Source of the DNA: a virus
Taxonomy: Duplodnaviria > Caudoviricetes
IMG/VR virus record: IMGVR_UViG_3300031963_009887
Span: 1-64,000 of that record
Direction: 5' to 3' (one strand)
DNA length: 64,000 nucleotides
Shown here piece after piece: positions 20,856-31,672 of the stretch; the first letter of the stretch is position 1; every line of letters starts with the position of its first letter. The notes under the pieces were generated by a model that saw only the letters and a list, made by a program, of their open reading frames with translations, was not told the DNA's origin and did no database searches. The position numbers and the translations under genes were made by a program.

Positions 20856-23003
20856 ATGCCAAGACCAATTGCCTATAAAACGGGAACAATCCAACCTCCA
20901 AATACTGCAAAACAATCCAATATTCTTGTGGGTGTTGGTCCTTCAAATTGGGGAGCTGGTGCTGCAAATGCGACTTTTTATAATAGTGTTGATTCATCTT
21001 ATCAATATGTTATTATAAAAAATTCTAATCCACCGGCAATGTGGGCTACTGGTGATTTTACTGATACAAGTTTATTAAGAATAATTAATGGTTTACCTGA
21101 AAGAATTAATCAGACCGTTTTTACAAACGTAAATACTGCGATAAATTGGTTATTTGAAACAGGAGTTTATTCCATGTTGAAAAGTGAACAACTTTATGGT
21201 GAACCTATTACTAACGGGTTAGTAATATCTGTAAATGGACCATCAACAGGTAAAAATATATTTAATGCGACAACTTATCCTGATTTTATAGGATGGTATG
21301 ATTATGGTGGATACGCAAGTTATAATATAACTAATGACCCTCCTTATCCAGGAAGTACTACAAAAACAGCAATCAGAGGAGGATTCGGATGTTATTCAGG
21401 TATTGCTATGGAAGTTGGAAAACAATATGTGTTTTCCTTTTGGGTAAAAGCAATTGGGGATATTCCTAGTGATGCGCTTTTAACATGGAATAATCAATTT
21501 GGTAGCGGAGAAACTAATTCTTGGGTTGGATATTTACCCTCTAGTTCAGGCATATTTCCTACAAGTTGGACAAAATTTTCTTTTACTTTTACTTTAAATG
21601 CTGTAAGAACTCAATTTTATTTTTATGTTTATTCTCCTTCAACTCCTTCTTTTAGGAGTCCAACTAGTCCAGTATTATTTACTGAATTACAATTAGAAGA
21701 AGGTTCAACAGCAACAAATTATGCAATCCCTTCTGTTTATAATTTATATAGTCTCTCAATGAAACCAACTAATGAAGGTTTATTAAATACATCTAGTTTA
21801 TCTTTAGCTAATGGTACTTATTTCAATACAAATCAGGGTGGTGTGTTTAATTTTGATGGGATTGACGATTATGCTGTTTTAACTGATGCTTCATTAAAAA
21901 ATTATACAACAATAACCGCAAATATTTGGATGTATATTAATAGTTTTACATCAACATTTGAAACATATTTCTCATATAATGCCGAGGAAGCAGGATTAAC
22001 TCAAGGTTGGGGTTTAAGACGAAGTGGTGATAACACTTTTCAATATTGGGGTGGAACGGGAAATTCGGGTATTAAACTTTATAAAAATGGTTCTCTTGTT
22101 GGAAGTAGTAATTCAACATGGAGTTATGTTTACGATTTAAATACGACAGGTTCATGGGCAATGATTACATTAGTTGCTACTGGAGTTTCTTCTTGGAATT
22201 CACATAATAGACTTACTTTGGGAACTCGAAGTGACTCTTTAAATTCGGCGACTAATTATAAAGTTGGTTTATTTAATTTATATAATAGAGAATTGTCTGT
22301 AACTGAAATTGAAAATTTATACACCGCTGGTTTACCAACATATCAAGCAAGTAATAGTATAATGATTAATCAAGGATTAACGCTTTATTTAGACGCTACA
22401 AATCCAAACTGTTATCCCGGTTCAGGGACGGCAATATATGATTTAAGTGGGTATGGAAATAATGGTACTTTATATAATGGTGTCGCGTTCAGTTCAACGT
22501 ATGGTGGAGGATTAGTTTTTGATGGTGTTGATGATTATATCATAATTCCAGGTAATGGAAGTGTAAACGCCTCAAGACCGACAGTTGAATTAGTGATGAC
22601 CACCTCAACAAACGGGGGAAATATACTTGCTCAAGGTCAATACGGTTCAAATTGGGGTTTTGGTGTTGGTGTTAAACCTACAAATATTATGGCTAGAAAT
22701 AATAGTGGAGATGCTACTATTAGTGTAAATAACAGTGGTTTAGTTCATGTGGTGGTTGTTTGGGATGGAAGTGGAAACCAGTATTATAAAAATGGTCAAT
22801 ATTTAGGTAGAACAACGGCTAACTATTCACCCAACCCTGGTGGTGATGTTACTATAGGTGGTGTTAGGGCTCAAGTACCATCTCAAAATTTACAAGAATT
22901 TGGTAATTCAACAGTTAATATTGTTAGAATATATAATAGACCATTAACTAATACTGAAGTACAACAAAACTTTAACTCAATAAAAACACAATTTGGACTA
23001 TAA
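20856..23003 (+). CDS. Virion receptor-binding-like protein 1: conserved N-terminal anchor, CBM-like domain, two LamG/ConA domains
   Basis: Start moved to ATG 20856 by alignment with the paralogs (MPRPIAYKTG). LamG signature FDGIDDY/FDGVDDY and IYNRPLT..EV.QNF. Confidence 0.8.
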   Translation: MPRPIAYKTGTIQPPNTAKQSNILVGVGPSNWGAGAANATFYNSVDSSYQYVIIKNSNPPAMWATGDFTDTSLLRIINGLPERINQTVFTNVNTAINWLFETGVYSMLKSEQLYGEPITNGLVISVNGPSTGKNIFNATTYPDFIGWYDYGGYASYNITNDPPYPGSTTKTAIRGGFGCYSGIAMEVGKQYVFSFWVKAIGDIPSDALLTWNNQFGSGETNSWVGYLPSSSGIFPTSWTKFSFTFTLNAVRTQFYFYVYSPSTPSFRSPTSPVLFTELQLEEGSTATNYAIPSVYNLYSLSMKPTNEGLLNTSSLSLANGTYFNTNQGGVFNFDGIDDYAVLTDASLKNYTTITANIWMYINSFTSTFETYFSYNAEEAGLTQGWGLRRSGDNTFQYWGGTGNSGIKLYKNGSLVGSSNSTWSYVYDLNTTGSWAMITLVATGVSSWNSHNRLTLGTRSDSLNSATNYKVGLFNLYNRELSVTEIENLYTAGLPTYQASNSIMINQGLTLYLDATNPNCYPGSGTAIYDLSGYGNNGTLYNGVAFSSTYGGGLVFDGVDDYIIIPGNGSVNASRPTVELVMTTSTNGGNILAQGQYGSNWGFGVGVKPTNIMARNNSGDATISVNNSGLVHVVVVWDGSGNQYYKNGQYLGRTTANYSPNPGGDVTIGGVRAQVPSQNLQEFGNSTVNIVRIYNRPLTNTEVQQNFNSIKTQFGL

Positions 23004-25174
23004 TGCCGAAACCAATAGCATATAAAACGGGTTCAATCCAACCACCAAACACGGCAAAACAATCCAATATTCTTGTGGGTGTTGGTCCTGCAAACTGGGG
23101 TGCGGGTGCGGCAAACGCAACTTTCTATAATAGTGTTGATTCATCTTATCAATATGTGATTATAAGAAATACTAACCCACCAGCAATGTGGGCAACAGGT
23201 GATTTCACTGATGCAAGTTTATTAACAATAATAAATGGTTTACCTGATAGAGTAGGTTCAACACCATTTACAAGTGTTAGTACTGCAATAAATTGGTTGT
23301 TGGGTTCAGGAACTTATTCTATGTTAAAAAATGAACAACCTTACGGTGGTCCTGTTGTTAGTGGATTGGCTGCGGGATTTAATGCAACACAAAAGAATTT
23401 ATTTGTTAATGGAGATTTTAACAACACAGAATCTGGATATCCTTTTTATTTTGGTTCTTATGGTGGTTCATCTACTGTAATTGATATTACAAATAATAAA
23501 CCATATGTTGGTTCTAAAACTACTAAAGCATTACAAATTACAAATGGTGGTAATGTAATGTATACAACTAATTTAATGGAAGTAGGTAAAACATACACAT
23601 TTTCGTTTTGGGGTAGAAAAACAGATGGTACTAGCGGGGATATTGGATTTGATAAAGGACCTATTTGGAATAACCAAAATGGGTTGGGAGAATTAAACAA
23701 TTTTTCATATCCTTGGAACGGAACTGTTTTACCAAGTACTACAATAGATGGTACTTGGAGAAAGTATAATTATACTTTTTTATATAACGACGCTAGAACT
23801 CAATTTTATTTTTATAATGTCGCTGGTGTGTCTATTTTTACTGAATTTCAAATTGAAGAAGGTTCAACATCAACAACTTTTTCATCATTTCCTAATTACA
23901 CTCCACAAAACACAGGTTTAATAAACACTGGAAATTGGTCTTTAATTAATGGTGCTTATTTTGGTGGAAAATATGGTGGGTCATACAATTTTGACGGTGT
24001 GGATGATAGAATTACTTATCCTATAGGATTCTCAACTTGGAATGATAAAACTTTCACTATTGAAAGTTGGTTTGAATGGGGAACAGGGGCGTCTAATAAT
24101 AATTACGGATGGTTTGAATTGGCTGGTGCTGGAGGTTCAAATTGGGGATTATCACATGTTCCTAGAACTGGTGCTTTTTATTTTTATTGGGTATCATCGG
24201 CTAATGGTGGTGGATATTATGTGTTAAATAACGCTATCCAAGATAATGTTCCTTTACATATGGCTATTACCTTTAATGGGGTTGGTGGAAATAACGCTAC
24301 AACACTCTATAATAATACTAAAATTTATATCAATGGTGTTTTGCAAACTAATGTAGAAGGTGGTGGTGCCGGTGTAAGTTCTAATAGTGTAATTAGTGTT
24401 GGTGGTCAACAATATCCTTTTAAAGGTAACATTTATACTTTTAATTATTATAATAGGGTGTTATCAAATACGGAAATTCAAAATATATATAGTGCTGGAG
24501 TACCAATTTATCTCCCATCCCAATCTATAGTTAATCAAGGATTAACAGTTTATTACGATTTTTCAAATCCAAATTGTTATGGTGGTGAAGGAACAACAAT
24601 TTATGATTTGAGTGGATATAACAATAACGGAACATTAATAAATGGGACTTCATATAGCACAACAAATGGAGGAGCATTAGTATTTGATGGTGTGGATGAT
24701 TACGTTCAATTTACTTCAACATATGCGGGTACCATTTGTTTTTGGGGTATAATGGATAACGATATTCCTGGATTGGCAGCTTTAGTGGGTGTTAATGCTA
24801 CAGGTGATGGTGCTTTAAGATGGTATGGTACTAATTTTAAATCTTTTAGAGGTGCTGTACCACCACCTTATATTGCGGGAGCTGCAGATGCTAACGATTA
24901 TCAAACTGGTTATCTTAACCAATTTATGATAAATGGTGTATCTAATTTACCATTAGATGGTAATGGGTTTTATATTATTCCAAATAATAGAACATTAGAC
25001 CAAAATTTCTATGTGGGTGCAATAGGTAATAGAAACGTAAGTACTCTTTCACATACCTTTATGGGTAGAACATATAAAGGAAAAATATTTAAAGTAATGA
25101 TTTACAACAGACAATTAACAAATGCCGAATTATTACAAAATTATAATGCTACAAAAGCACAATATGGACTTTAA
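23003..25174 (+). CDS. Virion receptor-binding-like protein 2 (LamG paralog)
   Basis: The same ~100-aa N-terminus; NLFVNGDF CBM-like start; FDGVDD twice. Confidence 0.8.
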   Translation: MPKPIAYKTGSIQPPNTAKQSNILVGVGPANWGAGAANATFYNSVDSSYQYVIIRNTNPPAMWATGDFTDASLLTIINGLPDRVGSTPFTSVSTAINWLLGSGTYSMLKNEQPYGGPVVSGLAAGFNATQKNLFVNGDFNNTESGYPFYFGSYGGSSTVIDITNNKPYVGSKTTKALQITNGGNVMYTTNLMEVGKTYTFSFWGRKTDGTSGDIGFDKGPIWNNQNGLGELNNFSYPWNGTVLPSTTIDGTWRKYNYTFLYNDARTQFYFYNVAGVSIFTEFQIEEGSTSTTFSSFPNYTPQNTGLINTGNWSLINGAYFGGKYGGSYNFDGVDDRITYPIGFSTWNDKTFTIESWFEWGTGASNNNYGWFELAGAGGSNWGLSHVPRTGAFYFYWVSSANGGGYYVLNNAIQDNVPLHMAITFNGVGGNNATTLYNNTKIYINGVLQTNVEGGGAGVSSNSVISVGGQQYPFKGNIYTFNYYNRVLSNTEIQNIYSAGVPIYLPSQSIVNQGLTVYYDFSNPNCYGGEGTTIYDLSGYNNNGTLINGTSYSTTNGGALVFDGVDDYVQFTSTYAGTICFWGIMDNDIPGLAALVGVNATGDGALRWYGTNFKSFRGAVPPPYIAGAADANDYQTGYLNQFMINGVSNLPLDGNGFYIIPNNRTLDQNFYVGAIGNRNVSTLSHTFMGRTYKGKIFKVMIYNRQLTNAELLQNYNATKAQYGL

Positions 25175-25185
25175 TAAATAAAATT

Positions 25186-25443
25186 ATGATACAAATATAC
25201 GATGAACGCAATTTTTTAATTTTTAACGTAAGTGAAATTAACAAAATTAATTTTGATGAGGTTTTAGAAACATCAGCAACTACATTACGAAAGTCAGTTA
25301 ATGAAACTAAGACATTAATTAAATGGGACGGTGAAGCGCCAGATTTTGTTGCAACAATGACAACAAAAGAAGGTCCTTACACCTATGATGAAATATTAAC
25401 AATTTTGGCAACACCAGAATGGACAGACCCAAACCCAATTTAA
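25186..25443 (+). CDS. Small protein associated with the LamG genes (possible assembly chaperone)
   Basis: 85-aa ORF between paralogs 2 and 3; function inferred from context. Confidence 0.6.
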   Translation: MIQIYDERNFLIFNVSEINKINFDEVLETSATTLRKSVNETKTLIKWDGEAPDFVATMTTKEGPYTYDEILTILATPEWTDPNPI

Positions 25444-25476
25444 GGTTTGTAAATCTTTAAATTGGTATTTATCATT

Positions 25477-27606
25477 ATGTCCAAACCAATAGCATATAAG
25501 ACAGGTTCAGTACAACCACCAAACACGGCAAAACAGTCCAACATCCTTGTAGGTGTTGGTCCCGCAAACTGGGGTGCAGGTGCGGCAAACGCTACTTTTT
25601 ACAATAGTGTTGATTCGTCTTATCAATATGTTATTATAAAAAATTCTAACCCACCTTTAATGTGGGGAACGGGTGATTTTACCAATACAAGTTTATTAAC
25701 AATAATTAACGGGTTACCAGATAGAGTAGGTTCAACACCATTTACAGGAACTACTACTGCAATAAATTGGTTGTTAGATTCAGGAATCTATTCCATGTTA
25801 AAAAATGAATTACCTTACGGTGGGTCAATAACTAGTGGGTTAGTATTAGATTTTTGTCCTAAGGTAAACAATTATTTTGCTAATGGTGATTTTGCTTATG
25901 GAACCACAATTGGTTGGGTGGCATATGGTGGTACTATCAGTATTGCGGATATAACAAATGACCGTCCTTATGTTGGTTCTAAATCAACGAAGGCTTTACA
26001 AAATTTAGGAGGTGGGTTTACTTGGGGTAGATATACTAATCCAGTTTATGGTCCGGGCGGATTATTAGTTACAGGACAAACTTATACTTTTTCTTTTTGG
26101 GGTAAAGTCTTATCGGGACCTAATTTTGATATTAATTGGAATAATCAAAACGGAAGTGGAGATGTAAGTAGTTGGAGCTATGGGAATTTTCCAGTTACAA
26201 CTACTTGGCAAAAATATACCCAAACTTTTACTTATAATATTTCTAAAAATTTTTTATATATTGCTGGAAGTTATGCTGCTAATACTCAATATGTACTCAC
26301 AGAATTTCAACTAGAAGATGGAACCACTGCAAACCCATTTTCATCGTTTCCTGTAACTGCGGCTGGTTTAACAATCCCAAATAATGGTTTATTAAACACG
26401 TCAAGTTTTAGTTTGATTAATGGTCCTTATTTAAATGCGATTAACAATGGTAATATTAATCTTGATGGTGTTGATGATTATATTCTTTTAACAGATTCAA
26501 CATTAAAAAATTATACAACAATAACTGCCAATATTTGGATGTATGTTAATAGTACCAATACTTGGGAAACATATTTTTCATATAATGCTGAAGAGGCTGG
26601 ATTATTACAAGGATGGGGAGTAAGAAGACAAAGTAATCTTAATAATTACCAATACTGGGGAGGAACAGGAAATTCAGGAATTAAATTATATAAAAATGGA
26701 ACTCTTATTTCATCTGGTAATACTTCTAGTGTAGTATCAGATGGAACAAATACAACAGGTTCTTGGAATATGATTACTTTAGTAGCTAATGGTGTTTCGT
26801 CTTGGAATACACATAATAGACTAACTATGGGAACTAGAAGTGATAGTGTCAATTCTGCTACCAATATGAACGTTGGCTCTTTTAATTTATATAATAGAGA
26901 ATTATCCGCAACCGATATTGTTAATTTATATAATTCACAACTTCCAATATATCAACCAACCGCATTTCCTGTAAATTCAGGGTTAGTTCTTTTTTTAGAT
27001 GCTTCAGACCCAAATTCATATACATCAGGTTCAAGTACTTGGAATGATATAAGTGGATATGGAAGTAATATGACTTTATTAAATTCACCAACATTTAATT
27101 CGGCTAATGGTGGTTTCATTAGTTTTGATAATGTTGATGATTTTGGTTTTATAAATGTAACAAGTGGTAATTTATTGGGAAATGTAAATATATCTATGGA
27201 ATTATGGATAAAAAATCCTGTTGGAAATTTTGTAATGAATGGGATTTATGGTAGTTATTTTTCTAGTGGGTTTTATTCGGGTGGTTTATTAAAAAATAGT
27301 GGAGGTTCGGCAGGACCTTCTTGGTCATCAACAGCATCATGGCAACAATGGGTTGCGGTATGGGACCAAACATTAAATCAAACTAGATTATACGTAAATG
27401 GTGTACTAACAGGTACTTCATCCAACACTTCTTGGAGTCCAAGCTCAGGAGGTAAATTAGTATTTGGTGGTGGTGCTCAGGGTAACGGAACTTATAGTAA
27501 AGAAGGTTCTATGGATATTGCAATCTACAGATTTTATAATAAAATACTAACCCAATCTGAAATTATTCAAAATTACAACGCAAACAAAACACAATTTGGG
27601 TTATAG
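25477..27606 (+). CDS. Virion receptor-binding-like protein 3 (LamG paralog)
   Basis: Start moved to ATG 25477 (MSKPIAYKTG); same architecture as paralogs 1 and 2. Confidence 0.8.
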   Translation: MSKPIAYKTGSVQPPNTAKQSNILVGVGPANWGAGAANATFYNSVDSSYQYVIIKNSNPPLMWGTGDFTNTSLLTIINGLPDRVGSTPFTGTTTAINWLLDSGIYSMLKNELPYGGSITSGLVLDFCPKVNNYFANGDFAYGTTIGWVAYGGTISIADITNDRPYVGSKSTKALQNLGGGFTWGRYTNPVYGPGGLLVTGQTYTFSFWGKVLSGPNFDINWNNQNGSGDVSSWSYGNFPVTTTWQKYTQTFTYNISKNFLYIAGSYAANTQYVLTEFQLEDGTTANPFSSFPVTAAGLTIPNNGLLNTSSFSLINGPYLNAINNGNINLDGVDDYILLTDSTLKNYTTITANIWMYVNSTNTWETYFSYNAEEAGLLQGWGVRRQSNLNNYQYWGGTGNSGIKLYKNGTLISSGNTSSVVSDGTNTTGSWNMITLVANGVSSWNTHNRLTMGTRSDSVNSATNMNVGSFNLYNRELSATDIVNLYNSQLPIYQPTAFPVNSGLVLFLDASDPNSYTSGSSTWNDISGYGSNMTLLNSPTFNSANGGFISFDNVDDFGFINVTSGNLLGNVNISMELWIKNPVGNFVMNGIYGSYFSSGFYSGGLLKNSGGSAGPSWSSTASWQQWVAVWDQTLNQTRLYVNGVLTGTSSNTSWSPSSGGKLVFGGGAQGNGTYSKEGSMDIAIYRFYNKILTQSEIIQNYNANKTQFGL

Positions 27607-27608
27607 TA

Positions 27609-27776
27609 TTAATTCTTTTTGTTAATCTGATGAAAGGTTTTCATCAATTTTAAACTGTCCTTGTAGTTCTTTTCAAGACGGTCCAATTCTTTTTCGTCAA
27701 CAACAGACTCCAACGCTTTATTATAAGCGTCCTCAGATTCTCTTATTAATTTTTCTATTGTTTTAAGTAATTTCAT
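27609..27776 (-). CDS. 55-aa protein missed by the ORF track (MKLLKTIEKLIRESEDAY...)
   Basis: Translated by hand; TATTTATA 4 nt upstream; the N-terminus matches the MKL...[IL]-x-E pattern seen in other genes. Confidence 0.65.
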   Translation of the reverse strand: MKLLKTIEKLIRESEDAYNKALESVVDEKELDRLEKNYKDSLKLMKTFHQINKKN

Positions 27777-27876
27777 TTACTATAAATATTTCCATATAAA
27801 TATAAAGTACAAACAATTCTTTATATTCACTTCATTAGGTAAAAACTTATATTCTTTTATAAATGGAATTTTTATA

Positions 27877-29142
27877 ATGAAACCTAAGAAAAACTCAAAA
27901 ATTTTTGTACAGATTGCGTCCTATCGTGACCCACAACTGATTCCAACAATTAAGAACATGTTGGAAAACGCTAAGAACCCCCAAAACATTACCATTGGTA
28001 TTGCAAGACAATTTCATCCTGATGATAAATTTGATGATTTATCTGAATATGAAAATGACGATAGATTCAGAATCTTAAATATTCCTTATCAAGAAGCTGA
28101 AGGTGTTTGTTGGGCGAGACACTTAGTTCAACAACTATATAAAGACGAAGCATATACACTTCAAATTGACTCACATATGAGGTTTGCACCTGATTGGGAT
28201 GAAGAAATGATTAACATGGTTAAACAACTTCAAAAGAAAGGACATAAGAAACCATTACTTACAGGATATGTGTCATCATTTGACCCTGACAATGACCCAG
28301 CGGGTAGGGTACAAGAGCCTTGGAGAATGGCGTTTGATAGATTTATTCCTGAAGGTGCGGTATTCTTCTTACCTGAGACAATTCCAAATTGGAGAGAGAT
28401 GACAGAACCAGTACCAGCAAGATTCTATTCCGCACACTACTGTTTTACCTTAGGACAATTCTCAAAAGAAGTTCAACACAATCCGCACTACTATTTTCAC
28501 GGTGAAGAAATTTCAATTTCAGCAAGAGCTTACACTTGTGGATATGACTTATTCCACCCACATAAAGTATTGATTTGGCACGAATATACTCGTAAGGGTA
28601 GAACCAAACAATGGGATGATGATAAAGAATGGGTTAGAAGAAATAATCAAGCGCACTTATTGAATAGAAAACTATTTGGTATGGACGGAGAAGTTCAAGA
28701 AGGACATGATGGTCCTTATGGATTCGGAACTACAAGAACATTAAGAGATTACGAAAAATATGCGGGTCTTATTTTTCAAAAAAGAGCTGTACAACAATAC
28801 ACCTTAGATAAAAAGTATCCACCAAATCCGCAAGAATTTGAAAGTGAAGAAAAATGGTTAGAAAGTTTTGCTAGCATATTTAAACATTGTATTGATGTTA
28901 ATTATGGCTCGGTACCTGAAAAAGATTATGATTTTTGGGTTGTTGCGTTCCACAATGAACAGGATGAAACAATATATAGAAAAGACGCTGATAAATCTGA
29001 AATTAACCAAATGATGAATGACCCTGATGGATATTGTAAAGTATGGAGAGAGTTCCAAACGGCACATAAACCAAAGTATTGGGTTGTTTGGCCTCACTCA
29101 GAATCTAAAGGATGGTGTGAAAGAATAACTGGCAATTTATAG
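27877..29142 (+). CDS. GT60-family polypeptide/hydroxyproline alpha-GlcNAc transferase-like (Dictyostelium Gnt1/Gnt2-like)
   Basis: IFVQIASYRD, GVCWAR, LQIDSHMRF (DSH motif), FHGEE and ARAYTCGYDLFHP...WHEY. Confidence 0.85.
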   Translation: MKPKKNSKIFVQIASYRDPQLIPTIKNMLENAKNPQNITIGIARQFHPDDKFDDLSEYENDDRFRILNIPYQEAEGVCWARHLVQQLYKDEAYTLQIDSHMRFAPDWDEEMINMVKQLQKKGHKKPLLTGYVSSFDPDNDPAGRVQEPWRMAFDRFIPEGAVFFLPETIPNWREMTEPVPARFYSAHYCFTLGQFSKEVQHNPHYYFHGEEISISARAYTCGYDLFHPHKVLIWHEYTRKGRTKQWDDDKEWVRRNNQAHLLNRKLFGMDGEVQEGHDGPYGFGTTRTLRDYEKYAGLIFQKRAVQQYTLDKKYPPNPQEFESEEKWLESFASIFKHCIDVNYGSVPEKDYDFWVVAFHNEQDETIYRKDADKSEINQMMNDPDGYCKVWREFQTAHKPKYWVVWPHSESKGWCERITGNL

Positions 29143-29158
29143 TTTATACCCTATAATA

Positions 29159-29998
29159 ATGATAACATTTTATGATGAATATGTTCAAGGATTGTCGGGT
29201 GGGCATTTTTCAACGTTCAGAAAAAATTTAGGTAATAAATTATTTATTTACGGTGTAAGTAGAGTTGCGTCAGATATATTAGATTATGATTTAATTTTAC
29301 CACCAAACCCATTAATAAGACGGGAGTTAACTAGTGTGGGTAATTATGTAAATGAAAAATTTCCCTTTGGAAGTTTGACGGGTAGAAAAAGAGTTGAGTC
29401 TCCAACAAAAACTATGGACGACATTGACCTTTTTAATTTTAACGGATTGGAAGGTTTTATTAATCAATTTAATAATCATCATATTGAAGTGGTAGGATAC
29501 TTTACAAAATATGATTATATCAAACCATATAAAGAAAAAATTCGTTCTTATTATTCAAGTTTGGTTAGACCAAAACGTAATAATAATGATATGGTCATCA
29601 TGCTAAGAAACAGTAGAGACGATGCTAGATTTGTATTACCGGATGACTATTATATTAATATTTTAGAAAATGAGTCATTTGATAAGTTATATGTTGGTTA
29701 CGACCATTTATATAAACATCAAAGTCTAATCAGTAAAATTGAAAAATATAATCCGATTTATTTGGAGTCAGGAATCTTGGATATTTTCTCAGAGATAACA
29801 TCGTTCAATAAAATTGTTGCTTGTCAAGGAACATTTTCATTTTGGGCAAGTTTTTTATCAAACGCAGATAAAATATATTGGCCAACAACTAACGATGGTC
29901 CCAATTCAAACAATGAAGTTTTTGCACAATTTGTTAACTTAAAGGTTGATGACGAAGACCGATACACTTTTGTACCAATTAATAACATATATACATGA
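29159..29998 (+). CDS. GT11-like (alpha-1,2-fucosyltransferase-type) glycosyltransferase
   Basis: LGNKLFIY, GYF, LPDDYY and QGTFSFWASFL (cf. the NSTFSWWAA motif). Confidence 0.65.
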   Translation: MITFYDEYVQGLSGGHFSTFRKNLGNKLFIYGVSRVASDILDYDLILPPNPLIRRELTSVGNYVNEKFPFGSLTGRKRVESPTKTMDDIDLFNFNGLEGFINQFNNHHIEVVGYFTKYDYIKPYKEKIRSYYSSLVRPKRNNNDMVIMLRNSRDDARFVLPDDYYINILENESFDKLYVGYDHLYKHQSLISKIEKYNPIYLESGILDIFSEITSFNKIVACQGTFSFWASFLSNADKIYWPTTNDGPNSNNEVFAQFVNLKVDDEDRYTFVPINNIYT

Positions 29999-30990
29999 AA
30001 AAAACTATAAAATTATCTAGAGCTAGTTTCCCTGGTGTTGGAAATTTTTCTTGGATGAATTACTTTGTAAACATCCTAAATAAAAAATATAATGTTGTGA
30101 TTGACGCAATCAATCCGGACATTGTAATCTATACTAATCAATTTTATCGTGAAAACGAATTAGATTATTACACAAATGAAACTGTAAGAGGTATTCATCA
30201 ATATGATGATTCTATTAAAAAAGTTTTTATTAGTGGTGAAGCTAGACCCGATTTTAACGCACATTTAAATAAAGGTGATAACTATTATGTTTTAGGTTAT
30301 GAACATATTGATAATGAGAGATATCTTAGGTTCCCAACTTTAGTATTAGATGCTTTTGTTTTACATAATGAAGGAGGAATGTTTGACACACCATTTGATT
30401 GGTTAACCAAAAAAAGGGACGGGTCGAAGATACTCGAAAGTAAAAAACATTTTTGTAGTATAGTCCAATCAAGCAACAATCCCGACAGAGAAAAATTGTT
30501 TGATTTGATTCAAGAGAAACATTTCATTAAATCATCAGGACCTTGGCGTAGAACAGTTCCCGACGAAGAAACACTAAACCCTTATCAATACCACAATTAT
30601 TCAAACAAAGAATACATGGGTAGAATTGATGGACTAACATATAGGGATAAGATTAATTTTTTCTCTGACACAGTGTTTAACATTGCCTACCAATTTACAA
30701 ATACTGATAATTTAACTCAAGAAAAAATTATACACGCTTACGCAGCAAATACAATACCATTATTTTATGGTAATCAATATATTGAGGAAGAAGGATTTAA
30801 TCCTAAATCTTTTATTAACTGTCACAAATTTGAAAGTTTTGAAAGTTTAGTTGAATTTTTAGATGAGTTATATAAAGATAATGATAGATTAAAATCATAT
30901 TTTGAAGAACCAATTTTTGTTGATAATAAATTACCAATTTATTTTAATGAGGATTACATTTTGAATTTTTTTAGTAAAATTATTGAGTAG
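29995..30990 (+). CDS. GT10-like (alpha-1,3-fucosyltransferase-type) glycosyltransferase
   Basis: GEARPDF, KKHFCSIVQSSNN..R, KINF...FNIAY...TQEKII.AYAANTIPLFYG (cf. the alpha-1,3-FucT motif). Confidence 0.8.
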   Translation: MKKTIKLSRASFPGVGNFSWMNYFVNILNKKYNVVIDAINPDIVIYTNQFYRENELDYYTNETVRGIHQYDDSIKKVFISGEARPDFNAHLNKGDNYYVLGYEHIDNERYLRFPTLVLDAFVLHNEGGMFDTPFDWLTKKRDGSKILESKKHFCSIVQSSNNPDREKLFDLIQEKHFIKSSGPWRRTVPDEETLNPYQYHNYSNKEYMGRIDGLTYRDKINFFSDTVFNIAYQFTNTDNLTQEKIIHAYAANTIPLFYGNQYIEEEGFNPKSFINCHKFESFESLVEFLDELYKDNDRLKSYFEEPIFVDNKLPIYFNEDYILNFFSKIIE

Positions 30991-31669
30991 TATGAAACAT
31001 ATATCATTTAGTCTTTTTGGTTATGACCCAAAATATTATGTTGGGGCTGAAAAAAATATAATAATTAATAAGGAATTGTTACCTGATTGGACAACAGTCA
31101 TTTATTATCACCCCGAAAATATATTACAAGGTTATGTTGAAAAACTTACTGAAATGGGCGCAGTAATGATTGATGTTTCCAAAATTAAATTAGGTGAAAA
31201 AGAATCAATACATTTTCCATATTTTTGGAGATTTTTTTCTTTCTTACAAGATATTCCAACAATTGTGAGAGATTTAGATAGTAGAATATCTGAAAGAGAA
31301 GTTCAATATATTAGAATATGGGAACAAAGTAATGAAGATTATTTTATTATCAGAGACCACCCGTGGCACGCACCCGTGCCAAGTGGTTTGTTTGGAATCA
31401 AAAGAAAAATAAATAAGTTTGAAGAACACTTTATACAATTCGTTAATACGTCTGACTTAAGGTGGGGAACAGACCAAGAAATTTTACATCAGTATATCAA
31501 TAATATTGATAAATCCAATGTTTTATATTTTGGTTTTGATAAACAAGACACATACATACCAAGAGACAATCAAGATTTTTTTATTGGTATACAATTAGAC
31601 GAAAACGATGAACCAACAAAACCGAGTGGTGTTAAGTGTTTGGAATTTTTAAAAGAATTAAATTTATAA
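30983..31669 (+). CDS. Uncharacterised GT-A-like protein
   Basis: ISFSLFG...KY, FWRF, IVRDLDSR, RDHPWH and DQEIL; this pattern recurs in glycosylation loci. Confidence 0.55.
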   Translation: MSSMKHISFSLFGYDPKYYVGAEKNIIINKELLPDWTTVIYYHPENILQGYVEKLTEMGAVMIDVSKIKLGEKESIHFPYFWRFFSFLQDIPTIVRDLDSRISEREVQYIRIWEQSNEDYFIIRDHPWHAPVPSGLFGIKRKINKFEEHFIQFVNTSDLRWGTDQEILHQYINNIDKSNVLYFGFDKQDTYIPRDNQDFFIGIQLDENDEPTKPSGVKCLEFLKELNL

Positions 31670-31672
31670 ATA

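Noticed and set aside
20856-27606. DGR-type diversification of the LamG paralogs
   Set aside because: Shared segments differ by ordinary substitutions at all base types; no template repeat or RT seen.
27781-27802. T4-type late promoter TATAAATA on the plus strand
   Set aside because: It fits better as TATTTATA on the minus strand 4 nt before the 55-aa gene, matching the orientation at the other sites.
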